Below, one piece after another: positions 1 through 10,904 of a stretch of 64,000 nt of DNA. The translations under genes and the position numbers were made by a program. The notes below the pieces were generated by a model that saw only the letters and a program-made list of their open reading frames with translations, was not told the origin of the DNA and made no database searches. The first letter of the stretch is position 1. Each line of letters starts with the position of its first letter. The stretch covers positions 1,526,711 to 1,590,710 of the forward strand of contig CAVUZG010000004.1 in NCBI GenBank assembly GCA_963745945.1. The letters run 5' to 3'. The stretch comes from an uncultured Ignavibacteria bacterium (GTDB lineage: Bacteria > Bacteroidota > Ignavibacteria > Ignavibacteriales > Ignavibacteriaceae).

Positions 1-183
1 TTTTAAATCTATTCCGCTCATTTTTCCCGATTAATAAAATTTTAATCAGATGCAGTTTCTGTTCTTACGGAACTTAAATCACATAGTAAATGTTTTTTGA
101 ATTATAGTGTTTCATAACTCTAAATTCTTAATTAGTTTAATATTAAATAATTCAATTTTAATTAATCCAGTGAAAGGTTAATT

Positions 184-1134
184 ATGTCAGAGAAAAAGAT
201 AATTGCAGTTATAGGAGCTACCGGAGCTCAGGGTGGAGGGGTTGTTCATTCAATTCTTGCAGATAAAAATGGTCAGTTTGTTGCCCGTGCTATTACGAGG
301 AATAAGAATTCAGATAAGGCGAAACCTCTTATCAGCGAAGGTGTGGAAATTGTAGAAGCAGATGCAAATGATGTTGAAAGTTTAACAAAGGCATTTACTG
401 GTGCTTACGGAGCATTCTGTGTTACGAATTACTGGGAACTTTATTCACCGGAAAAAGAAAAAGCACAAGCTGAAAATATGGCCGTTGCTGCTAAAGCGGC
501 AGGGCTAAAACATGTTATCTGGTCAACACTCGAAGATTCCAGGAAATGGATTCCTCTGGATGATGACAGAATGCCGACTTTAATGGAAAAATATAAAGTG
601 CCGCATTTTGATGCTAAAGGAGAATCAGATAAATATTTTATAGAAAACGGTGTTAATACAACTTTTTTGATTGCTTCTTTTTATTGGGATAATATGATAT
701 ACTTTGGGATGGGCCCCAAAAAAGGACCCGACGGTAAATTGGGTATAACTTTCCCAATGGGAGATAAAAAATTAGCCGGAATTGCGGCTGAGGATATTGG
801 TAAATGCGCTTACGGAATATTTAAAGCCGGTGATAAATACATTGGTAAAACAGTGGGAATTGCCGGAGATCATCTTACTGGAACTGAAATGGCCACCAAA
901 CTCAGCAAAGCATTGGGAAAAGAAATACGTTATAACGAAGTAGCACCAGAAGTATATAGAAGTTTTGGATTTCCCGGTGCAGATGATATTGGGAATATGT
1001 TTCAGTTTTACCGGGATTTTGAAAAAGATTCTCTGCAAATACGGGATCTTAATACTACCCTGTCATTGAATCCTGCGCAGTTGAATTTTGATGCATGGTT
1101 AACTAAAAATAAAAGCAAAATTCCAGTGGAATAA
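184..1134 (+). CDS. NmrA-family NAD(P)-binding protein
   Basis: 316-aa ORF. N-terminal Rossmann motif IAVIGATGAQGG and an overall NmrA/HSCARG-like layout. AAAGG-type RBS just upstream of the ATG. Confidence 0.8.
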   Translation: MSEKKIIAVIGATGAQGGGVVHSILADKNGQFVARAITRNKNSDKAKPLISEGVEIVEADANDVESLTKAFTGAYGAFCVTNYWELYSPEKEKAQAENMAVAAKAAGLKHVIWSTLEDSRKWIPLDDDRMPTLMEKYKVPHFDAKGESDKYFIENGVNTTFLIASFYWDNMIYFGMGPKKGPDGKLGITFPMGDKKLAGIAAEDIGKCAYGIFKAGDKYIGKTVGIAGDHLTGTEMATKLSKALGKEIRYNEVAPEVYRSFGFPGADDIGNMFQFYRDFEKDSLQIRDLNTTLSLNPAQLNFDAWLTKNKSKIPVE

Positions 1135-1147
1135 AATCATTTATTAT

Positions 1148-1179
1148 AAAGATGGCATCAATTAACTGGTGTCATCTTT
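1148..1179 (+). terminator. putative rho-independent hairpin after the NmrA-like gene
   Basis: aaagatgGca / tgTcatcttt inverted repeat with one G-T pair and a 12-nt loop, 14 nt after the stop. A T-rich tail follows. Confidence 0.4.
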
Positions 1180-1330
1180 GTTAATTTATTTAAATCAAAT
1201 ATGTAATAACGGCGGTTTTTATTGATGAATAATTATTATCAGATTTTTTAATCCTGCATATTGATACTATCTTCTTTAATCCTTACATTATTTGTCAATC
1301 AATTAAATAATATACATACCGGGGGTTGTT

Positions 1331-3910
1331 ATGAAAAAATACAATCTTCTTTTCCTCCTTCTCTTTATTACTTTTTTAATTCTGAATAAAAGCAATTATG
1401 CACAGGGATTTGACTTAACCCAGTATCAAATCTTCCTGCAGAATCACCAGAATATGCAGACAGGTGAACTGCTTGATTTGCATCCGGCCGGAACATTTCA
1501 GAACAATATTGATCTAAATTACCAGGATGTTTTTTATTTCGATTCTATCGATGCAAAATATAATCTAACAGGGTTTGAAAAATCTTTAATTCAGGAACAC
1601 GGCTTTATGGTTAGCCAAAGACTTTCACAGCCTTCATTCGGACAGATACTTCTGGATATTCACCATAACGATCTTCCAGTCTTCGTTTCAACTGATGCAA
1701 TTTTGTATGCTTATCATGTTTCTTATGACAGAATACTCAGAGAAGTTGAACTCGGATATCTGATTGATAAGGTCGATAACCTTTTAATGTCACTCAGGAA
1801 TTCATTCCCTCAAATGGTTTCCAATTATTCATCAACTCCGGGAATGTCGCAGTCACTTCTTGATGTGGATTTCTATATTACTGTGGGGCTTAAATTAATT
1901 GGTGAAAATGTTAATCCCTATTTTCAGCAGAATAATGCAAAGGTTGATACGGTTGTCAGTCTTGCGATGGAGGCGAATGGCTTTACCTCGGACACATTAT
2001 TCTCATCAGAATGTGTTGCTCATGATTGGAGCCAGTTTAAACCACGCGGTCATTATGATTCAGATCTTTACCCTCAGCTCAGATTATATTTCCGGACAAT
2101 GATGTGGCTTGGAAGAATTGAAATGTATCTTATCAAACCAACATTTGGCAGCCCGGGTTGTTATCCGCAAACTTTTGCAGATATACAGAGACAAATAATA
2201 GATGCGAATCTTGTTTACGAATTGTTTGATCTCGCCAATGTTCATTCTGATTATGAGAATATTGAAGATGTAATTAAATTTTTTGTGGGCAACCAGGATA
2301 ATGTGACACTTGATAATTTAGAATACCTGAGGAATGCGGTACAGTTGAATTCGGCAAATCAACTTCTGGATTCTATGAAAGTTGTTGAGTACCAGGATAC
2401 ATTAAGCAATCAATCATTCGCATACCAATTGATACTATCGCAAATTCTTTCAGGAAATCCTATTGCAGGAGATAGCGTTGTACCCGCATCATCATTTCTT
2501 TTATTCGGTCAGAGATTCGTTGATGATTCCTATGTAACTGCAAGCGTGGTGTACGACAGAATTAGTTACCAGGGACAAAGAATCTGCCGGTTATTCCCTT
2601 CGGCTCTCGATCCTATGTTTGCGCTTGGTAATAATGCTGCAGCACAATTGTTAATTCCCGAATTGGATTATTATCACTATTCAACTAATCTTGCCGCCTT
2701 ACGTTATTTGTTTGATTCATTTCCTTCCGCGTACTGGAATAGTTCATTATATAAAGAATGGCTTAAAACGATTAAGACTCTTAACCCTCCGGAAGACAGG
2801 AGCAATTTACCTGCTTTTATGACAACCGCAGCTTTCTGGCAGGAAAAAATGAATACTCAATTAGCTTCGTGGGCTGAACTTCGACACGATAATTTATTAT
2901 ATGCAAAACAATCCTATACCGGTGTTCCAGTCTGTTCATTCCCTTATAGTTATGTAGAACCTTTTCCTGATTTTTATGAATCATTAAAAACTGCGGGAGA
3001 ATCTGGTTATAATTATTTTGCGAATATTACATTTTTAGACGGCACAATAAAACAGAATATACTAGATTACTTTTCAAACCTTCAGTATACCTGCGATACC
3101 TTAAAATCAATTTCTGAAAAAGAACTTTCAGATACTCCCCTTTCATCTGAAGAAACAAATTTTCTGAAAAACATGATGTTCCAGGTTACCACTTATACAG
3201 GAATAGATTACAACGGCTGGTATCCGGGCCTGGTCTATCAGGATGCCGCGTACGATCACGAAGGATTGATGAGCGAAAATTATATTGTTGCCGATATACA
3301 TACCACACCAGCAGATTGTATCGGTAATATGATGGGTTGGGTTTCACATGTAGGTACTGGTCCTGTTGATGCCGGTGTTTTCATTGCAAAACTTCCGGGT
3401 GGAGAAGATTGTGCTTTCATTGGTCCTGTTTTAAGTTACCGTGAATACACAACAACTAATTTCCTTCGGTTAACAGATGATGAATGGAGTTCCGATTATC
3501 TCTTCTCTTCATCACGGCCTGACTGGGTTAATCTTTACCTGGCTGATTCAACAGGTGAAAGCAGAGGTGAAGGAGGACAATTAATTACTTCGGTAAAACC
3601 TGAAAATAAAAATAATATCCCTGCAAAATATCTGACTGTTTCGAACTATCCGAACCCGTTTAATCCGACTACAATAATAAGTTTCTCAGTTCCGTATGAT
3701 TTGAGCAATAAAAATGCTGAGCTGATTATATATGATTTACAGGGACAGGTGGTTAAGCATTTAATAAACCAGGTTTTACCAGCCGGCAATTATCTGACCA
3801 AATGGTTTAGCGATAATGATAACGGTTTACCTGTATCAAGCGGAATTTATATATACAGGCTGAGAGTTGCGGACAGGCAGGCTGTTGGAAAGATGAACCT
3901 GGTAAGGTAA
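1331..3910 (+). CDS. secreted DUF3160-like protein with T9SS C-terminal sorting domain
   Basis: 859-aa ORF with a signal peptide. The block WSQFKPRGHYDS..LRLYFRTMMWLGR is typical of DUF3160 as I recall it. The C-terminus NYPNPFNPTT...SGIYIYRL...KMNLVR is a T9SS CTD. Confidence 0.7.
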   Translation: MKKYNLLFLLLFITFLILNKSNYAQGFDLTQYQIFLQNHQNMQTGELLDLHPAGTFQNNIDLNYQDVFYFDSIDAKYNLTGFEKSLIQEHGFMVSQRLSQPSFGQILLDIHHNDLPVFVSTDAILYAYHVSYDRILREVELGYLIDKVDNLLMSLRNSFPQMVSNYSSTPGMSQSLLDVDFYITVGLKLIGENVNPYFQQNNAKVDTVVSLAMEANGFTSDTLFSSECVAHDWSQFKPRGHYDSDLYPQLRLYFRTMMWLGRIEMYLIKPTFGSPGCYPQTFADIQRQIIDANLVYELFDLANVHSDYENIEDVIKFFVGNQDNVTLDNLEYLRNAVQLNSANQLLDSMKVVEYQDTLSNQSFAYQLILSQILSGNPIAGDSVVPASSFLLFGQRFVDDSYVTASVVYDRISYQGQRICRLFPSALDPMFALGNNAAAQLLIPELDYYHYSTNLAALRYLFDSFPSAYWNSSLYKEWLKTIKTLNPPEDRSNLPAFMTTAAFWQEKMNTQLASWAELRHDNLLYAKQSYTGVPVCSFPYSYVEPFPDFYESLKTAGESGYNYFANITFLDGTIKQNILDYFSNLQYTCDTLKSISEKELSDTPLSSEETNFLKNMMFQVTTYTGIDYNGWYPGLVYQDAAYDHEGLMSENYIVADIHTTPADCIGNMMGWVSHVGTGPVDAGVFIAKLPGGEDCAFIGPVLSYREYTTTNFLRLTDDEWSSDYLFSSSRPDWVNLYLADSTGESRGEGGQLITSVKPENKNNIPAKYLTVSNYPNPFNPTTIISFSVPYDLSNKNAELIIYDLQGQVVKHLINQVLPAGNYLTKWFSDNDNGLPVSSGIYIYRLRVADRQAVGKMNLVR

Positions 3911-3992
3911 AATAAGAGACGAATACTCTTAATCAGATTTTGAAATTAAGAATTTTAAATCTGAAAATCTACAGTTTTATTCATGATTATAC

Positions 3993-4016
3993 ATCCCCTG
4001 TTTACAAACAGGGGAT
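3993..4016. terminator. bidirectional hairpin between convergent genes
   Basis: Perfect 10-bp stem atcccctgtt/aacaggggat with a 4-nt loop, located between the stops at 3910 (+) and 4028 (-). Confidence 0.6.
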
Positions 4017-4027
4017 ATATAATTTTA

Positions 4028-4783
4028 TCACGAATTCGTCAGGTCAGGATTTACCTCTAAATCATTTATAACTCGTATTACACCAGTTACACTTTCAAAT
4101 TCCTGCTCAATTTTATCTTTTGTCCATAAGTTTGATACTGCACCTTCAATGGTCACAAAACCATTCTGCACTGAAATGCTAAGGTCTTTTCTAGCTGTGA
4201 GCGGGAATTCATTTACAAGTATAGAGTTTAAGTAAGACTTAATGTTGTCATCGTCAATCGCTTTGCCTATTGGTGTCACCATTATATTATTTTCAATATC
4301 TTTAACTCCATTTGCCTGCGATGCAAGAGTCATAGCAATTATTTTCTCCCTGTTAAAACTTACATTACCAGAAAGTTTCACCAATGAATTATCAACTTCA
4401 ACATTTATTTTCTGAGGTTCTTTAATTACTCCGCTCCCGTCTATCATATTCCTTATATTCGCCTCAATCATTTTTTCTGGAAGCTGATTTGTAGTAACGG
4501 TTATGTCGTTAGTTATTTTTTTCACCCCCTGAACCTGCGAGGTTATCTCATAAATCCGGTACTTATCATAAAGCGAATTTACACCTCCCTTCAGGATAAC
4601 CAGACCATCATCATTCACTGTAACCTGTATTTCTGAAGGATCGTACCTGCTGGTAATCGCTTCCTTAACTTTATCAGTTAAGTTATTGTTATTAGCTGCA
4701 TAAATTGTTTGCACAGTAAAAAACAGAGCTATCCAAAAAACAAATGAAAATATCATCATATGAGATTTCATAATCTTAATCAT
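4028..4783 (-). CDS. periplasmic BON-domain (OsmY-like) protein
   Basis: 251-aa ORF with a signal/TM segment. It contains three repeats of the BON pattern (..V.V..G.V.L.G.V.S...K......A....GV..I.N.I.V). Confidence 0.7.
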   Translation of the reverse strand: MIKIMKSHMMIFSFVFWIALFFTVQTIYAANNNNLTDKVKEAITSRYDPSEIQVTVNDDGLVILKGGVNSLYDKYRIYEITSQVQGVKKITNDITVTTNQLPEKMIEANIRNMIDGSGVIKEPQKINVEVDNSLVKLSGNVSFNREKIIAMTLASQANGVKDIENNIMVTPIGKAIDDDNIKSYLNSILVNEFPLTARKDLSISVQNGFVTIEGAVSNLWTKDKIEQEFESVTGVIRVINDLEVNPDLTNS

Positions 4784-5107
4784 CGTATTACACTTCCTTT
4801 CAAAATTTATTTTGAATTTATTATAAATTTAAATTGTAATGGATCAGTATGTTTATGATGTTGCTCAATTTAATGTCTGAAGAATAGGATGTGTGTCCGG
4901 GGATATTTCTGCTGATTATATCTGGCAATCTTTGTTTTGTGTGAATTCCGATACAAAGAAATTGTTCTGAAAGCAGACTATATGTGAGAAATGATGTATA
5001 TGGTCTGTTATTGCCCCACAATTAATTAGGTTACCATGCTTATTAAAGGTAGCTTGTCTTACCTGCTATAATTCAGGATTTTATTTATTATTTATAAGAG
5101 GTTCGTT

Positions 5108-5359
5108 GTGAGCACTAAGTTATTTGTTGGTTCTCTCCCCTATTCGGTTAACGATGAAGAGTTGAAAGAGACATTTGAAAAACATGGAAATGTAATTTCT
5201 GCAAAAGTTATTACGGACCGTGACACAAGAAAATCAAGAGGATTTGGGTTTGTTGAAATGATGAATCCTACTGACGCTACAAAAGCAATTAAAATATTAA
5301 ACGATTCGAAATTGGACGGAAGAAATATCATTGTTAATGAAGCTACCCCGCGCAACTAA
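5108..5359 (+). CDS. RRM-type RNA-binding protein
   Basis: 83-aa ORF with a GTG start after an AGAGG RBS. RNP2 is KLFVGSL and RNP1 is RGFGFVEM. Confidence 0.9.
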   Translation: MSTKLFVGSLPYSVNDEELKETFEKHGNVISAKVITDRDTRKSRGFGFVEMMNPTDATKAIKILNDSKLDGRNIIVNEATPRN

Positions 5360-5583
5360 TTTTTTACACATCGAATAACTATTTACAATTTAATTCCCGG
5401 AAAGACGTCTTAAGGACGCCTTTTTTATATAATTAATAAAACACAAATGTGATTACTGCAAGCGAGTTAACGACCGGGACAGATTCTATATTCAGATTTT
5501 ATTTTAATGATTATTGTTGAAAAGAATTCCAGTGATTATGTTTGCTCTTTAGTTTGATAGTTATAGTCAGCAAATAAATCAGT

Positions 5584-7315
5584 ATGCATAAAACAGATTT
5601 CTATAAAAAACCACTCATCTTTTTCTCCTTAATTGGCCTACTATTTATTCAGATCAACTGTGTTGAATCTCCTCATCCGCCTGACCCGGTTAGCAGTAAA
5701 AACGGGATGGCAGTTTCTGCAAGTTCTTATGCTTCACAGGTTGGAATCAATATAATGAAAAAAGGCGGTAACGCGATTGATGCTGCAGTTGCTGTTGGTT
5801 TTGCGCTTGCAGTTACATATCCTTATGCAGGAAATATAGGCGGTGGCGGATTTATGGTTATCCACCTGGCTGATGGGAGAAATGCAACTATCGACTTTCG
5901 TGAGAAAGCTCCATTGTCTGCATTCAGAGATATGTATTTAAATAAAGAGGGTGATTTTATTCCTGAGCTTAGTCAGCAGGGAGCCACATCTGCGGGAGTG
6001 CCCGGTAGTGTAGCGGGATTAATTTATGCGTTGGAAAAATATGGTACTCTGCCCCTCTCAAAAGTTATTCAGCCGGCAATTGATCTCGCAGAAAAAGGAT
6101 GGAAGTTAAATGGAAGAGATGCCCGCATTTTTGTTAATTATAAATCGTTATTTGAAAAGTATCCTTCCACAAAAAAAATATTTATGAAAGATACTTCTTC
6201 TTACAAAAAAGGCGAGTTGTTCCGGCAGCCTGAGCTTGCACAGACATTGAAACTTATAAAAGAAAAAGGGAAAGACGGATTCTACAAAGGAAAGGTCGCA
6301 GAACTTCTTGTAAAACAGGTTACTTCACTGGGCGGATATATTACTACTGAAGATCTTGAAAAGTATCAGCCGGTGGAAAGAGAACCGGTGACGGGTTCTT
6401 ACCGCGGATATGAAGTCGTATCAATGCCTCCTCCGAGTTCAGGTGGGATTGCACTTGTTGAACTGCTGAACATTCTTGAAAATTATAACCTGCAGAAAGA
6501 AGGATGGAACAGCAGTGAATATATTCATCATCTTGTGGAAGCAATGAAATACACTTACGCAGACAGAACTTTTCATCTCGGTGATGCAGATTTCTTTCCT
6601 GTTCCGCAAAAAGAACTGACGTCAAAAAAATATGCTGAAACAATTTTTAAACTGATAGAAAAAAGCGAAAGATAAAGCTGTTCCCTCCAATGAAATAAAA
6701 AGACCTGATATTGCTCAATATCATGAAAGTAATCAAACAACACATTATTCTGTTTATGATTCGTATGGAAATGCAGTAAGCACTACAACAACAATTAATT
6801 CCGGTTTTGGTTCGGGTATTGTAGTTGAAGGCGCCGGTTTTCTGCTTAATAACGAAATGGATGACTTCAGCAGTAAACCGGGAGTACAGAACCAGTTTGG
6901 ATTACTGGGTACAGAAGCAAATTCTATTCAACCTGAAAAAAGAATGCTGAGTTCAATGACTCCAACAATTGTTCTGAAAGATGGAAAGCCATTTATTATA
7001 GCAGGATCGCCCGGCGGATCTACAATTATAACCGTTGTGCTACAGGTAATCCTGAATTGTATTGATTTTGATATGAATATCCGCGAAGCAATTGAAAAAC
7101 CGAGAATTCATCACCAGTGGATACCCGATTCAATTTATTATGAGAAGAAATCATTAACTGAAAATGTAAAGAATGAATTAAAAGTGATGGGGTACAATTT
7201 TATTGCTGAAAGTTCTCTATTGGGAATTGTTGAGGGAATAATGATTGATAATAAAAATAATATTATCTACGGTGCAGATGATCCGCGTGGAGGCGGACTT
7301 GCAGATGGTTATTGA
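5584..7315 (+). pseudogene. ggt: gamma-glutamyltransferase interrupted by a +1 frameshift (or an assembly indel)
   Basis: ORF 5584..6675 (frame 1) covers the GGT large-subunit region (GGNAIDAAVAVGFALAV, GGGGFM). The catalytic-Thr block NQTTHYSVYD and LLNNEMDDFS..PGGSTII (through 7315) read only in frame 2. Frame 2 opens at 6659 after a TAG. The two frames meet in the A6 run at 6659-6664. Confidence 0.85.
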
Positions 7316-7430
7316 TAGCATATTTTAGATTATAGTTTGTTGCGAAAGGGTGATTTGATAAAAGTTGCGTATATTCCATTTTAGTAAAAATTTGGTACAA
7401 AAGATTTTTTTTCATTTGTAAACAGAAGGT

Positions 7431-7832
7431 GTGAACATGGATATTTTAGACTCAATTTCTAACCCCGGTGGTGAAGGTAAGCAAGGTGATCTTGTCTCTA
7501 CAATTATGGAATTGATTAGTGGACAAAACGGAGGGCTTAACGGACTGATTCAACAATTTACTTCCAAAGGTCTTGGGGATACTGTTTCCTCCTGGGTTGG
7601 AAGCGGGGAAAACCTTCCTCTATCAGCGGATCAGATTCAGAACGTGCTTGGTTCAGATACAATCAAAAACATCTCTTCAAAACTTGGAATTGATGCCGGC
7701 AGTTTGTCAGGAAAATTATCGAATATACTTCCTCAGGTAGTTGATAAATTAACTCCTGAAGGTAAAGTACCTGAGGGTAATTTACTTAATGAAGGCATGA
7801 ACATACTGGATGGATTGTTTGGTGGAAAGTAA
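7431..7832 (+). CDS. YidB/DUF937 family protein
   Basis: 133-aa ORF. GLGDTVSSWVGSGENLPLSADQIQNVLG...LSNILPQVVDKLTPEG matches the YidB-like pattern. The ATG at 7437 is an alternative start. Confidence 0.7.
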   Translation: MNMDILDSISNPGGEGKQGDLVSTIMELISGQNGGLNGLIQQFTSKGLGDTVSSWVGSGENLPLSADQIQNVLGSDTIKNISSKLGIDAGSLSGKLSNILPQVVDKLTPEGKVPEGNLLNEGMNILDGLFGGK

Positions 7833-7879
7833 AATTGAGTTTTAATTTTTTACAATTCAGAACAACTCACCGGATTTAT

Positions 7880-8902
7880 TCATTTGATCAATTCAAGATT
7901 ATAATTTTTTTCAAATAGCTGGTTGTAATGAACACTACCGTCGGAAGCTACAATCAAAATCGGATATTTAAGATTTTTATCTTCCAACGATTTCTTCCAT
8001 CCTAAAAGAAAAATATAAGTTGCTGTGGCATCTGCCTCCTCTGCTGTAGGAGCCAGAACCGTTGAGCTTTCGGAAAGAGTCCCCGGATAACCTGTGGCGG
8101 GATCGAGAATATGGTGATAACGTATACCGTTAATAATTTTAAATCTTTCATAATCACCGCTTGTGGCAACGGCATAATCTTTCAGATTAAATTCTGCAAC
8201 AAGATCATTTGTATTTCGTGGATGTTTTATTCCAAGCTTCCACTGTGTATCATTATCCTTATTACCGGAAACATAAATATCTCCGCCAGCATTAAGTATA
8301 AAATTTGTTATCCCATTTTCTTTGAGCATAGCAGAACCTCTGTCAATCGCATAACCTTTTGCAATCCCGCCCAAATCTATAGACATTCCTTTTTTCTTAA
8401 GAAAAACTGTAGTGTCTTTTTCATTAATCACAATATTTTTATAGTTCACAAGCTTATCGAGTTTTTTAATTTCCTGATCCCGGGGGAGAACTATGACTTT
8501 ATCTTCACTAAAACCCCACAGATCAGAAAGAGGACCAATAGTTACATCAAACACACCGTTGTATTTTTTACAATAGGCATCAGAGCGTTTCAACATCGAC
8601 AGAGTTTCATAGCTTACTTTTACAGGATGAATTCCGGCTTCACGATTTATTGCAGAAATTTCACTTGAGTCTTTATAGCAGCTCAACAGATTTTCTATTC
8701 TCTGCATTTCCTGGTATGCTTTTACCAACACCAGTTTACAATGATTTATGTCTGTACTTCGCGCGGTGGTTTCAACAGTAGTGCCCATTAAATATTTAGT
8801 AACTGATACCTTGTACATCGTGGTATCTGTCTGTGCACTTAACACTGAAGAACAAATAACTAAAAATGAAATGAGCAGATAACTGATTTTAAGGATTTTC
8901 AT
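7880..8902 (-). CDS. apbE: FAD:protein FMN transferase (ApbE family)
   Basis: 340-aa ORF with a signal peptide. ApbE blocks are present: FDVTIGPL, DLGGIAKGYAIDR, ATSGDYERF, HHILDP.TG.P. Confidence 0.85.
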   Translation of the reverse strand: MKILKISYLLISFLVICSSVLSAQTDTTMYKVSVTKYLMGTTVETTARSTDINHCKLVLVKAYQEMQRIENLLSCYKDSSEISAINREAGIHPVKVSYETLSMLKRSDAYCKKYNGVFDVTIGPLSDLWGFSEDKVIVLPRDQEIKKLDKLVNYKNIVINEKDTTVFLKKKGMSIDLGGIAKGYAIDRGSAMLKENGITNFILNAGGDIYVSGNKDNDTQWKLGIKHPRNTNDLVAEFNLKDYAVATSGDYERFKIINGIRYHHILDPATGYPGTLSESSTVLAPTAEEADATATYIFLLGWKKSLEDKNLKYPILIVASDGSVHYNQLFEKNYNLELIK

Positions 8903-8916
8903 TTGCTTTGACTTTG

Positions 8917-9603
8917 TTAAAAAGTAATGCTGTCTACACCGGTTGCATTTTTACCGGCGATAGAAATATTAACCTGGTTTGGAATGCAAACTATATTTTC
9001 TCCCGGTTTTGATATCGCATTCATATCCATACAGGTTTTATGTTTGCAGGATGCAGAAACAACCTTAACTGATTTATCCTTTATTCTTATATCAACGTGT
9101 CCTTTCAAACCTTCAATCCTGTATTGATCAATATCCTTATTTAAGGATAACTGACAGATTAAATTATCACCCCTGAAAACATTTATTTTGCCCGGTTCTG
9201 ATAAATTCTGAAGTGATGAGAATTGCAGCATAACTGGATTATCAAGTGTTCTTGGAAGCGAAAGTGATTTTGCACTTTCATCGAGAATCTTTGAGAACTC
9301 GTCTGATCCTTTATGATAATCAATAAGTTTACGTGATTTTATATAGGCAATATCTCCTGTGTGTGTTCCCATCAGTCTGTATTCTGAAAATTGTAATGTC
9401 CTGTTTCCATACACAGAGTTTTTAATTGCCTGTTCAATGTTGTGTATAGTTGCAGATGGTTTATCAGTGATTACAGATAGCGAAAAAGTTCCGCTATTCT
9501 TAACTGCAGCAAAAACCTTCCTGGTAAAGGGATCTATCATTCCGATTGCCGCAGTTGCCGGCAGCACCAAAGAACTATACTTTAGGAAATCACGTCTTTT
9601 CAT
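8917..9603 (-). CDS. Tat-signal protein with C-terminal NusG-domain-II-like (DUF1312-like) module
   Basis: The N-terminus MKRRDFLKYSSLVLPATAA is a twin-arginine signal. The C-terminus ..VKVVSASCKHKTCMDMNAISKPGENIVCIPNQVNISI resembles the NusG_II fold signature. It lies 14 nt upstream of apbE on the same strand. Confidence 0.55.
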   Translation of the reverse strand: MKRRDFLKYSSLVLPATAAIGMIDPFTRKVFAAVKNSGTFSLSVITDKPSATIHNIEQAIKNSVYGNRTLQFSEYRLMGTHTGDIAYIKSRKLIDYHKGSDEFSKILDESAKSLSLPRTLDNPVMLQFSSLQNLSEPGKINVFRGDNLICQLSLNKDIDQYRIEGLKGHVDIRIKDKSVKVVSASCKHKTCMDMNAISKPGENIVCIPNQVNISIAGKNATGVDSITF

Positions 9604-9698
9604 TTTATTCTTCCTTTGAAGTTTACTTTTTTAAAATTCTGGTTCCATTTTTTTTATATTCTAATAATTAGTCTTCGTTCAGGTTATGTTGACATAAT

Positions 9699-10904
9699 TC
9701 AGTAACGGTAACGTATACCAAAGTTAACATCTGTCGCAAAAAGATTATTCATATTATTAAACCAGTACGGCGAATTAGTATGACGCAGATAAAAATTAAG
9801 ATTGATAATATACTGCACGCGATCATCTCTCAGGAACGGGAGATAATCCTGCCTGTCTCCGCCGGTTAGAATAAGGTTCAATTGAAGTTCATTCGAATAA
9901 CCTGCATCAAGCTTTATATCAGTTGTCATAAATTGTTCAGGCGCTGCATATTTTGGCTTAAAGAAAAATGCCTGAGATTGAATATTAGTGCGCCATCCCA
10001 GACCAAGAATAACGTGTTTGGATAAATATCTTTCATAATCAGCAGAATATGTATTTGCATTTAGATTCCATGAGTCCCAGTAATACCTGTAGCCAAGTTG
10101 CAAAGATGATTTATCAGTTAGCCTGTATTTAAGTGATAAAGCCGCTGCACGTCTGATTCTCTTGTCGGGATGAACAGGATCAAACAAACTGTCTTTACCT
10201 GCAATCGTAATTGGAACCAGTTTATAGTTATCAGACAATAACCCGCTGTTATCAGTGTAAGAGGAAAGAATCTGCAGAATTAAACTCTTGCTTACAACCT
10301 GTGAAAAATTTGCATTGAAGGTTAATACATTCTTGTTCTTTTTCCACGTCTTAGTTTTAGGAAAAACCTTGTCCCAGCTTCTTACAACACCTAACTGAAT
10401 TGATGTATTATTCTCGGCAAAGTACTGAGTGAAATTTCCGATAAGAGTTGAAGAAGTATAATCACTTTCAGTGCTGTAGATACCATCACCGGTTAATATT
10501 CCGCTCCCAAGCACATGTGCAAAGCCTAGATTGAATTCATGACGCACTTCATCAAATGCGGGGGCCGAGTTACCGCCGCCGCCGCTTCCCCCTGATGATC
10601 TGCCCGAAGCTGCTGTTACCGCATCTACTTTCTGAAGGGAATTATTAGTTGTGGTAGTTGCTGCCGGACTATGATTTCGTATTGAAGCAGCTGTTATCAT
10701 ATCAACCAGGTATCTTCCTGTAATGCTTGTAGATTCAGAAACTCTTTTTGTTATTGCAATGCTGGGATAGAGAACAGAAACATTGAAGTCATCAAAATAT
10801 CCGCTGAAATTTACCTGCGTCTCATTAGGTGGTAAAATCTGTGCAAAATCTATTGTGTAAAGGTTTAGAAAAAACAGTGAGAACAATATGGTTTTTTTAG
10901 CCAC
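9699..10904 (-). CDS. DUF3570-like outer-membrane beta-barrel protein
   Basis: Alternating beta-strand pattern ending in ..NFGIRYRY (terminal aromatic), plus a Gly/Ser-rich loop. The likely start is GTG at 10904 (VAKKTILFSLFF.. signal), overlapping the upstream stop by 8 nt. The track ORF extends to 10961. The family call rests on the conserved DUF4266-DUF3570 pairing as I recall it. Confidence 0.6.
   Translation of the reverse strand: MAKKTILFSLFFLNLYTIDFAQILPPNETQVNFSGYFDDFNVSVLYPSIAITKRVSESTSITGRYLVDMITAASIRNHSPAATTTTNNSLQKVDAVTAASGRSSGGSGGGGNSAPAFDEVRHEFNLGFAHVLGSGILTGDGIYSTESDYTSSTLIGNFTQYFAENNTSIQLGVVRSWDKVFPKTKTWKKNKNVLTFNANFSQVVSKSLILQILSSYTDNSGLLSDNYKLVPITIAGKDSLFDPVHPDKRIRRAAALSLKYRLTDKSSLQLGYRYYWDSWNLNANTYSADYERYLSKHVILGLGWRTNIQSQAFFFKPKYAAPEQFMTTDIKLDAGYSNELQLNLILTGGDRQDYLPFLRDDRVQYIINLNFYLRHTNSPYWFNNMNNLFATDVNFGIRYRY

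Noticed and set aside
772-1038. Antisense or alternate-frame ORFs nested in long genes (for example 772..1038, 8111..8668, 23190..23594, 34720..35058, 58537..58932, 62970..63422)
   Set aside because: Each lies fully inside a longer ORF that has clear family motifs. They have low-complexity or unusual composition and no independent signals, which is typical of shadow ORFs.
4784-5107. Long (324-nt) region upstream of the RRM RNA-binding protein gene, considered as a structured cold-shock-type 5' leader or sRNA
   Set aside because: I could find only weak, short inverted repeats and no motif I recognise. The spurious-looking ORF 4821..5021 does not help. There is not enough evidence without expression or covariation data.
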